From: Eledone cirrhosa | Taxonomy: Eukaryota | Length of the DNA: 64,000 bases | Reading direction: 5' to 3' | Assembly (NCBI GenBank): GCA_964016885.1 | Contig: OZ024746.1 | Span: forward strand, 992,001-1,056,000 | Part shown: one piece after another, positions 12,621 to 22,900 of the stretch | Layout of the letters: each line of letters starts with the position of its first letter | How positions within the stretch are numbered: position 1 is the first letter of the stretch | Position numbers and translations under genes: made by a program | Notes under the pieces: generated by a model | What the model was told of the DNA's origin: nothing | The model's database searches: none | The model's input: only the letters and a program-made list of their open reading frames with translations

Positions 12621-12675
12621 TATTTTGTCTGATGAGGACGTACTGTTGTACCTCCGAAATATGTATAATAAAATG
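12621..12675 (+). ncRNA. Minimal type I hammerhead ribozyme (family A) in a solo terminal-repeat fragment (~12600-12712)
   Basis: Stem I 12621-28/12668-75, CTGATGA 12629-35, stem II 12636-55, GAAA 12656-59, AUA cleavage triplet 12665-67. Confidence 0.78.
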
Positions 12676-12710
12676 TACTTGATCAAAAGAACATCTATTT
12701 TATTAATATT

Positions 12711-12750
<40 letters not shown>

Positions 12751-12814
12751 TATATACATATATATATATATATACATACACACACGCACACCTCGTATTG
12801 GTGGTCATAAATAA

Positions 12815-13045
12815 CCAATACCAAAGCAAAGTATTGCCCGCTCACTGATAGATTTGTGGTAGAGCCTGTAGCAGTGGAGACTTCTGGTGTTCTTGTTCCC
12901 TGGACCACTTCCTTACTGATTGCTATCTGGCTGGGGTTGGCCACCCATATATGTGCAAGCCCCATGAGGTGGAGTAGCTGTTCCAGCACATCTCCCTGAC
13001 CATCCTCCAGGGCAACGCATTCTCCATCCTGTCAGCTAGGACCCA
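12815..13045 (+). mobile_element. CRE-like non-LTR retrotransposon 3' fragment (restriction-like endonuclease end)
   Basis: KAKYCPLTDRFVVEPVAVETSGVL...LFQHISLTILQGNAFSIL; homologous to 40510-40730. Confidence 0.8.
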
Positions 13046-13526
13046 GAGTGGGAGAGTAAGTTAGTTGTAGCTGATGGATCCTAGTTCACACATTTACAAA
13101 TACTTCAGATGAAAATTGATAGCTTTTTCGTGATTTCATAGAAGTTCTAGTTGAAAGAAGCAAAGGTTAATAATTCACCTTCCATTAAAACATGTAAATT
13201 ATTTGACTCTGATGAATTATTCTTACAGGAATGAACTCTTCCTGTCAATCCAGTGAAACGTTCGTTAGTCCATTAAGTTTTTTAATAATAACCTTTGTCT
13301 AAACTTTAGTTTTTAAACATATATGTTTTTTTTTTATTCCTCCAATGATGGAGAAGTGCTAAAATATACCTTCATATCACTGCGTATGTAGAGATATTGA
13401 TTATACGGATTTTCACCTAACATTATTCAAATAATTTGATGTACAACTCTCTTGAAACTTGTGTAAAGAATTAAAAATGATTTAAAAGATAATTTTTCCA
13501 TCTATATATTTTATAAATAAAGGAAT

Positions 13527-13955
13527 TAGGATTGGTGCTCTGAAATAGCGATGTATACATGAACATATGTATAGTATATTTGGCAATATACTGTATGTTT
13601 AATTAAAAAGATTCAGAAGACCTTATGCTATCAGTTTTAAAGCAGTGACTATGTCACTTACTTATTTTCAGCGAAAGAGGGAGAGAGCACCAATCCTAAT
13701 ACCTAATTTTTGCTGGACCGGCAATCGCTCTGTATAATCAGTTCCTGATTATTACTGAAATTCTATAAGAATCCAGCTTCTATAATTTTCGGCGGAAGCA
13801 GGGGAGTACGTGGTTCTGATGAACGCCAACCAGCGTGAAACAGACTCTCCCTCTTTTGCCGAAAATAAGTGACATAGTTACTACTTTAAAACTGATAACG
13901 TATGGTCTTCTAAATGTTTTTAATTAAACATACGGTATACTGCCAAATATACAAT
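13527..13955 (+). mobile_element. Inverted-repeat element family B, copy 2, with a partial hammerhead core
   Basis: Arms ~13575-13685 and ~13845-13951 are inverted. CTGATGA-ACGC caacca GCGT-GAAA lies at 13816-13840; the cleavage-site segment is deleted relative to copy 1. Confidence 0.75.
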
Positions 13956-13975
13956 ATATATATATATATATATTA

Positions 13976-14227
13976 ATTTATTAAAATAACAGATTAAAGT
14001 TTAAGCAAAGAATCGCTGCTTTCACCCTTAACGGGATCTTCTGAAACTAACAAAGTCAATCTGTAAACGCAGAAGTGAATATTTCAAAAAACGTTGCAAC
14101 CGGTTGCAACGTTTTTTGAAATATTCACTTCTGCGTTTACAGATTGACTTTGTTAGTTTCAGAAGATCCCGTTAAGGGTGAAAGCAGCGATTCTTTGCTT
14201 AAACTTTAATCTGTTATTTTAATAAAT
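13976..14227. repeat. Spacerless 252-bp palindrome
   Basis: 126-bp arms centred on gttgcaacc|ggttgcaac (14101/14102); no mismatch seen by eye. Confidence 0.92.
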
Positions 14228-14477
14228 ATTTGCTCTACGGTTCTTAAATATTTTATATATATTTATCCTTATCGAGCCCTCTTTGGATTTTAATCTTCAA
14301 ATTTATTATTATTACTACATATATATATATATATATGCTCTGTGAAATTCTAACACTACCAAGACTGAAATTTTACTTATTGTATTAAATGTTTGACTGT
14401 TTATTACACATCTTCTTGTGGACTTTAAAATCCTGTTGAGCTTTAAATTTTCAAATTTTCTCAGCCATTATCAACTC

Positions 14478-14678
14478 AATTGGAGTCTTTAGGAAAATTT
14501 ATTTACAATAACTTACAACTTTAATTGATTTTCAGATTTTATTGGTTCCTTATCAGATGTGTATAATCATCTAATCAAATATTAGATGATTATACACATC
14601 TGATGAGGAGTCAATAAAATCTGAAAATCAATTAAAGTTGTAAGTTATTTTAAATAAATTTTCCTAAAGACTCCAATT
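14478..14678. repeat. ~200-bp imperfect hairpin with a degenerate hammerhead core
   Basis: Arms of ~98 bp around a 5-nt loop (caaat); CTGATGA at 14600-06 and GAAA at 14623-26 in the right arm. Confidence 0.8.
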
Positions 14679-14766
14679 CAATTTTAACTTCTTTTTCATA
14701 TATATCGTCATCATCATCATCATCATCATACGTCCGCTTTTCCCTGCTTGCAAGGATATATATATA

Positions 14767-14861
<95 letters not shown>

Positions 14862-14930
14862 AGCAGATATTTATTTGTCCCTGATGTACTGAAAATCTCA
14901 ATAAATGATAACTAAAACTACCTCTTAGAC

Positions 14931-15551
14931 CAGGCATGTCAAACTGAGGGTCCCCCGAGGACCACATGTGTCCCATATGTGTGGTCTGAGGGCCACACAT
15001 TACAACTAAATTTTTTATTTTATATTACAAAGATAAAACATGCTGGTTCTGTAAAAACCTTTGTACGGGCTGCAGGTGTGCTTGTAAAGGGCTGCATGTG
15101 ACCCGCGGGCCGCAGGTGTGCTTGTAAAGGGCTGCATGTGACCCGCGGGCTGCAGGTGTGCTTGTAAAGGGCTGCATGTGACCCGCGGGCCGCAGGTGTG
15201 GTTGTAAAGGGCTGCATGTGACCCGCGGGCCGCAGGTGTGCTTGTAAAGGGCTGCATGTGACCCGCGGGCCGCAGGTGTGCTTGTAAAGGGCTGCATGTG
15301 ACCCGCGGGCCGCAGGTGTGCTTGTAAAGGGCTGCATGTGACCCGCGGGCCGCAGGTGTGCTTGTAAAGGGCTGCATGTGACCCGCGGGCCGCAGGTGTG
15401 CTTGTAAAGGGCTGCATGTGACCCGCGGGCCGCAGGTGTGCTTGTAAAGGGCTGCATGTGACCCGCGGGCCGCAGGTGTGCTTGTAAAGGGCTGCATGTG
15501 ACCCGCGGGCCGCAGGTGTGGTTGTAAAGGGCCGCATGTCTGACATGCCTG
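14931..15551. mobile_element. hAT-like MITE expanded by an internal minisatellite
   Basis: Termini CAGGCATGTCAAAC ... GTCTGACATGCCTG. The 8-bp flanks tcttagac and ccatagag both have a central TA. Confidence 0.75.
15065..15537. repeat. 40-bp GC-rich minisatellite, ~12 copies
   Basis: Unit gcgggccgcaggtgtgcttgtaaagggctgcatgtgaccc, nearly homogeneous. Confidence 0.95.
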
Positions 15552-15579
15552 CCATAGAGAATTATATAGAAATATGGTG

Positions 15580-15865
15580 TAACTTTTACAAAGTTAGCTC
15601 CAGGAGATTCCTAACAGAACCTCTAAAGTATACCTGCTCTACCATATTCTCGCCATTACTGCAGTTTCATCTGATGACAAAATATTAACTATTCCATTAT
15701 ATACAGACTCTTCAGACGGATTCTTTGAAAGTATAAATATCAACCTGTTATGGAAGAACCGTCCATATCAGACGGAACCACAGTAATGGTGAGAATAACA
15801 GTAGAATGGCTTTATTTTAGATTGTTCTCTTAGGTATCTCCCATAGCTAACTTTGTTAAAGTTAT
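15580..15865. mobile_element. Old fold-back/MITE-like element with diverged long inverted arms
   Basis: taacttttacaaagttagct..ggagattcctaa..attctcgccattactgcagtttcatctgat pairs imperfectly with atcagacggaaccacagtaatggtgagaat..ttaggtatctcc..agctaactttgttaaagtta. Confidence 0.55.
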
Positions 15866-15897
15866 TCCCACTATCTCTCCCTCTTATATATATATAT

Positions 15898-16245
15898 ATC
15901 ATCATCATCATCATCATTTCATTTTACATCCACTTTTCCCTGCTTGCAAGGGTGGGACGGGAACTGATTCTGGCTTGATTTCTACAGCTGGATGCCCTTC
16001 CTAACACCAACCTCATTTACAGTGAGTGCTGGGTGCTTTTTTTGCCGTGGCACCTCCACGACCACTTTGCAGTGGAATGATAGGGACCCCAGTCCCTATC
16101 ATCTCATTTCTACAGCTGAGTAAACTGGAGCAATGTGAAATAAAGTGTCTTGCTCAAGGAAACAACACATCGCCCGGTCTGAGAACTGAACTCACAACCT
16201 TTTGATTGCAAGGCCAATGCTCTAACCACTAAGCCATGTGCCTCC
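15898..16245 (-). mobile_element. Full-length CORE-type tRNA SINE
   Basis: Reverse complement of the A box/B box/CORE/tail arrangement seen at 9391. Confidence 0.88.
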
Positions 16246-16277
16246 ATTAGGTTACTCTTTCATTACATTTATTGGTT

Positions 16278-16364
16278 GGTGACGCACGTTTCACCACTGA
16301 TCAGCTCAAGGTTCGATCTGTATCGATCTAGCCCGACTCTGTAATCTGCGGCTCGTCAGTCCCC
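16278..16364 (-). ncRNA. Hammerhead motif with extended stem II (family C)
   Basis: Minus strand: GGGGA-CTGACGA-GCCGC..(~50 nt imperfect hairpin)..GTGGT-GAAA-C GTGC G-TC-ACC. Canonical GUC site and self-complementary stem III; stem I is weak. Confidence 0.55.
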
Positions 16365-16529
16365 GTACAATGGTAATGGAAAAATGAATATACGGCATGT
16401 ATATTCATTTTTCCATTACCATTGTACGGGGGCTGAGGGTCTTACAGACTTTCAATCATAAGGCATTGGTTGACCCATGGCTATAGTTAAAAGACTTGCC
16501 CAAGTTGCCATGCAGTGATACTGAACCCA

Positions 16530-16975
16530 CTTCTCCTCCAGCACTGGGTCAACATGATGGAGAATACATTGCCATGGAGGATGGTGAGGGAGATGTGCTG
16601 GAACAGCTACTCTACCTCTATGGGTGGCCAGCCCCGGCCAGATAGCAGTAGGGATGTGGTCCGCAGGCAAGAGAATCTCTCAAGTCTCCACTGCTACACG
16701 CTCTATCACAAATCTACCAGAGAGTGGCCAATACTTGGACAGTTTTCCCTCTTCGGCCTGGCGGGCAGCAGAGCCTAGACTCGTGGCTGAGCACACCAGG
16801 TTGCCACTTGAGTAGGTGTCACAGCATGTGGCATTCCAGATCGTGCCTACACTTGCGGAATTGGATGATTGTCATATCGTCCTCTCAGTCCAGCCCTACT
16901 GGCTTGAGGGGGAAGGGAATCCCGCGCCACCCAGGCCATGTTTTATGACCTCGTTTAAAGTAACATGACATGGGG
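16530..16975 (-). mobile_element. CRE-like retrotransposon 3' fragment (downstream half of the satellite-split copy)
   Basis: Minus strand HVTLNEVIKHGLGGAGFP...WNATCCDTY...LSKYWPLSGRFVIERVAVET...LFQHISLTILHGNVFSI aligns with 40310-40730. Confidence 0.85.
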
Positions 16976-19900
16976 AGGTGGCCAGCACTGTAATCACATG
17001 ACAGTGGGAGGTGGCCAGCACTGTAATCACATGACAGTGGGAGGTGGCCAGCACTGTAATGACATGACATGGGGAGGTGGCCAGCACTGTAATCACATGA
17101 CAGTGGGAGGTGGCCAGCACTGTAATGACATGACATGGGGGGTGGCCAGCACTGTAATGACATGACATGGGGAGGTGGCCAGCACTGTAATGACATGACA
17201 GTGGGAGGTGGCCAGCACTGTAATCACATGACATGGGGAGGTGGCCAGCACTGTAATGACATGACATGGGGAGGTGGCCAGCACTGTAATGACATGACAG
17301 TGGGAGGTGGCCAGCACTGTAATGACATGACATGAGGAGGTGGCCAGCACTGTAATCACATGATATGGGGAGGTGGCCAGCACTGTAATGACATCACATG
17401 GGGAGGTGGCCAGCACTGTAATCACATGATATGGGGAGGTGGCCAGCACTGTAATCACATGACATGGCGAGGTGGCCAGCACTGTAATGACATGACATGG
17501 GGAGGTGGCCAGCACTGTAATCACATGACATGGGGAGGTGGCCAGCACTGTAATCACATGACATGGGGAGGTGGCCAGCACTGTAATGACATGACATGGG
17601 GAGGTGGCCAGCACTGTAATCACATGACAGTGGGAGGTGGCCAGCACTGTAATCACATGACATGGGGAGGTGGCCAGCACTGTAATGACATGACAGTGGG
17701 AGGTGGCCAGCACTGTAATGACATGACATGTGGAGGTGGCCAGCACTGTAATCACATGACATGGGGAGGTGGCCAGCACTGTAATGACATCACATGGGGA
17801 GGTGGCCAGCACTGTAATCACATGATATGGGGAGGTGGCCAGCACTGTAATGACATGACATGGGGAGGTGGCCAGCACTGTAATCACATGATATGGGGAG
17901 GTGGCCAGCACTGTAATGACATCACATGGGGAGGTGGCCAGCACTGTAATGACATGACATGGGGAGGTGGCCAGCACTGTAATGACATCACATGGGGAGG
18001 TGGCCAGCACTGTAATGACATGACATGGGGAGGTGGCCAGCACTGTAATCACATGACATGGGGAGGTGGCCAGCACTGTAATGACATGACATGGGGAGGT
18101 GGCCAGCACTGTAATCACATGACATGGGGAGGTGGTCAGCACTGTAATGACATCACATGGGGAGGTGGCCAGCACTCTAATCACATGATATGGGGAGGTG
18201 GCCAGCACTGTAATGACATGACATGGGGAGGTGGCCAGCACTGTAATCACATGACATGGGGAGGTGGCCAGCACTGTAATGACATCACATGGGGAGGTGG
18301 CCAGCACTGTAATCACATGATATGGGGAGGTGGCCAGCACTGTAATGACATGACATGGGGAGGTGGCCAGCACTGTAATCACATGACATGGGGAGGTGGC
18401 CAGCACTGTAATGACATCACATGGGGAGGTGGCCAGCACTGTAATCACATGATATGGGGAGGTGGCCAGCACTGTAATGACATGACATGTGGAGGTGGCC
18501 AGCACTGTAATCACATGACATGGGGAGGTGGCCAGCACTGTAATGACATCACATGGGGAGGTGGCCAGCACTGTAATCACATGACATGGGGAGGTGGCCA
18601 GCACTGTAATCACATGATATGGGGAGGTGGCCAGCACTGTAATGACATCACATGGGGAGGTGGCCAGCACTCTAATCACATGATATGGGGAGGTGGCCAG
18701 CACTGTAATGACATGACATGGGGAGGTGGCCAGCACTGTAATCATATGACATGGGGAGGTGGCCAGCACTGTAATGACATCACATGGGGAGGTGGCCAGC
18801 ACTGTAATCACATGATATGGGGAGGTGGCCAGCACTGTAATGACATGACATGGGGAGGTGGCCAGCACTGTAATCACATGACATGGGGAGGTGGCCAGCA
18901 CTGTAATGACATCACATGGGGAGGTGGCCAGCACTGTAATCACATGATATGGGGAGGTGGCCAGCACTGTAATGACATGACATGTGGAGGTGGCCAGCAC
19001 TGTAATCACATGACATGGGGAGGTGGCCAGCACTGTAATGACATCACATGGGGAGGTGGCCAGCACTGTAATCACATGACATGGGGAGGTGGCCAGCACT
19101 GTAATCACATGATATGGGGAGGTGGCCAGCACTGTAATGACATCACATGGGGAGGTGGCCAGCACTCTAATCACATGATATGGGGAGGTGGCCAGCACTG
19201 TAATGACATGACATGGGGAGGTGGCCAGCACTGTAATCATATGACATGGGGAGGTGGCCAGCACTGTAATGACATCACATGGGGAGGTGGCCAGCACTGT
19301 AATCACATGATATGGGGAGGTGGCCAGCACTGTAATGACATGACATGGGGAGGTGGCCAGCACTGTAATCACATGACATGGGGAGGTGGCCAGCACTGTA
19401 ATGACATCACATGGGGAGGTGGCCAGCACTGTAATCACATGATATGGGGAGGTGGCCAGCACTGTAATGACATGACATGTGGAGGTGGCCAGCACTGTAA
19501 TCACATGACATGGGGAGGTGGCCAGCACTGTAATGACATCACATGGGGAGGTGGCCAGCACTGTAATCACATGACATGGGGAGGTGGCCAGCACTGTAAT
19601 CACATGATATGGGGAGGTGGCCAGCACTGTAATGACATCACATGGGGAGGTGGCCAGCACTCTAATCACATGATATGGGGAGGTGGCCAGCACTGTAATG
19701 ACATGACATGGGGAGGTGGCCAGCACTGTAATCATATGACATGGGGAGGTGGCCAGCACTGTAATGACATCACATGGGGAGGTGGCCAGCACTGTAATCA
19801 CATGATATGGGGAGGTGGCCAGCACTGTAATGACATGACATGTGGAGGTGGCCAGCACTGTAATCACATGACATGGGGAGGTGGCCAGCACTGTAATCAC

Positions 19901-22900
19901 ATGATATGGGGAGGTGGCCAGCACTGTAATGACATCACATGGGGAGGTGGCCAGCACTCTAATCACATGATATGGGGAGGTGGCCAGCACTGTAATGACA
20001 TGACATGGGGAGGTGGCCAGCACTGTAATCACATGATATGGGGAGGTGGCCAGCACTGTAATGACATCACATGGGGAGGTGGCCAGCACTGTAATGACAT
20101 GACATGGGGGGGGGGTGGCCAGCACTGTAATGACATGACAGTGGGGGGTGGCCAGCACTGTAATGACATGACAGTGGGAGGTGGCCAGCACTGTAATCAC
20201 ATGACATGGGGAGGTGGCCAGCACTGTAATCACATGACATGGGGAGGTGGCCAGCACTGTAATCACATGACATGGGGGGGTGGCCAGCACTGTAATGACA
20301 TGACATGGGGAGGTGGCCAGCACTGTAATGACATGACAGTGGGAGGTGGCCAGCACTGTAATCACATGACATGGGGAGGTGGCCAGCACTGTAATCACAT
20401 GACATGGGGAGGTGGCCAGCACTGTAATGACATGACATGGGGAGGTGGCCAGCACTGTAATGACATGACATGGGGGGGTGGCCAGCACTGTAATGACATG
20501 ACATGGGGAGGTGGCCAGCACTGTAATGACATGACATGGGGAGGTGGCCAGCACTGTAATCACATGACATGGGGAGGTGGCCAGCACTGTAATGACATGA
20601 CATGGGGAGGTGGCCAGCACTGTAATCACATGACATGGGGAGGTGGCCAGCACTGTAATGACATGACATGGGGAGGTGGCCAGCACTGTAATCACATGAC
20701 ATGGGAAGGTGGCCAGCACTGTAATGACATGACATGGGGAGGTGGCCAGCACTGTAATGACATGACATGGGGAGGTGGCCAGCACTGTAATGACATGATA
20801 TGGGGAGGTGGCCAGCACTGTAATCACATGACATGGGGAGGTGGCCAGCACTGTAATCACATGACAGTGGGGGGGTGGCCAGCACTGTAATCACATGACA
20901 TGGGGAGGTGGCCAGCACTGTAATGACATGACATGGGGAGGTGGCCAGCACTGTAATGACATGACAGTGGGGGGTGGCCAGCACTGTAATCACATGACAT
21001 GGGGAGGTGGCCAGCACTGTAATCACATGATATGGGGAGGTGGCCAGCACTGTAATCACATGACATGGGAAGGTGGCCAGCACTGTAATCACATGACATG
21101 GGGAGGTGGCCAGCACTGTAATCACATGACATGGGGAGGTGGCCAGCACTGTAATGACATGACAGTGGGGGGTGGCCAGCACTGTAATCACATGACATGG
21201 GGAGGTGGCCAGCACTGTAATGACATGGGGAGGTGGCCAGCACTGTAATGACATGACAGTGGGGGGTGGCCAGCACTGTAATCACATGACATGGGGAGGT
21301 GGCCAGCACTGTAATGACATGACATGGGGAGGTGGCCAGCACTGTAATGACATGACAGTGGGGGGTGGCCAGCACTGTAATCACATGACATGGGGAGGTG
21401 GCCAGCACTGTAATGACATGACATGGGGAGGTGGCCAGCACTGTAATGACATGACATGGGGAGGTGGCCAGCACTGTAATGACATGACAGTGGGAGGTGG
21501 CCAGCACTGTAATCACATGACATGGGGAGGTGGCCAGCACTGTAATCACATGACAGTAGGAGGTGGCCAGCACTGTAATCACATGACAGTGGGAGGTGGC
21601 CAGCACTGTAATGACATCACATGGGGAGGTGGCCAGCACTGTAATGACATGACATGTGGAGGTGGCCAGCACTGTAATCATATGAGATGGGGAGGTGGTC
21701 AGCACTGTGATCACATGACATGGGGAGGTGGCCAGCACTGTAATCACATGACATGTGGAGGTGGCCAGCACTGTAATCACATGATATGGGGAGGTGGCCA
21801 GCACTGTAATCACATGACATGTGGAGGTGGCCAGCACTGTAATCACATGACATGGGGAGGTGGTCAGCACTGTAATCACATGATATGGGGAGGTGGCCAG
21901 CACTGTAATCACATGACATGGGGAGGTGGTCAGCACTGTAATCACATGATATGGGGAGGTGGCCAGCACTGTAATCACATGACATGTGGAGGTGGCCAGC
22001 ACTGTAATCACATGACATGGGGAGGTGGCCAGCACTGTAATCACATCACATGGGGAGGTGGCCAGCACTGTAATGACATGACAGTGGGAGGTGGCCAGCA
22101 CTGTAATCACATGACAGTGGGAGGTGGCCAGCACTGTAATGACATGACAGTGGGAGGTGGCCAGCACTGTAATCACATGACATGGGGGGGGTGGCCAGCA
22201 CTGTAATCACATGACATGGGGGGGGGGGGGGCCAGCACTGTAATCACATGACATGGGGGGGGTGGCCAGCACTGTAATCACATGACATGTGGAGGTGGCC
22301 AGCACTGTAATCACATGACATGGGGGGGGGGTGGCCAGCACTGTAATCACATGACATGTGGAGGTGGCCAGCACTGTAATCACATGACATGGGGGGGGTG
22401 GCCAGCACTGTAATCACATGACATGGGGGGGGGTGGCCAGCACTGTAATCACATGACATGTGGAGGTGGCCAGCACTGTAATCACATGACATGGGGGGGG
22501 TGGCCAGCACTGTAATAACATGACATGGGGAGGTGGCTAGCACTGTAATGACATGACAGTGGGGAGGTGGCCAGCACTGTAATAACATCACATGGGGAGG
22601 TGGCCAGCACTGTAATGACATGACAGTGGGGAGGTGGCCAGCACTGTAATCACATGACATGGGGGGGTGGCCAGCATTGTAATGACATGACAGTGGGGAG
22701 GTGGCCAGCACTATAATAACATGACATGGGGAGGTGGCCAGCACTGTAATGACATGACATGGGGAGGTGGCCAGCACTGTAATGACATGACATGGGGAGG
22801 TGGCCAGCACTGTAATCACATGACATGGGGAGGTGGTCAGCACTGTAATCACATGACATGTGGAGGTGGCCAGCACTGTAATCACATGACATGTGGAGGT

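Noticed and set aside
13209-13270. CTGATGA core or a small exon at 13229-13263
   Set aside because: No stem II/GAAA arrangement; the donor is weak and two of three frames are closed.
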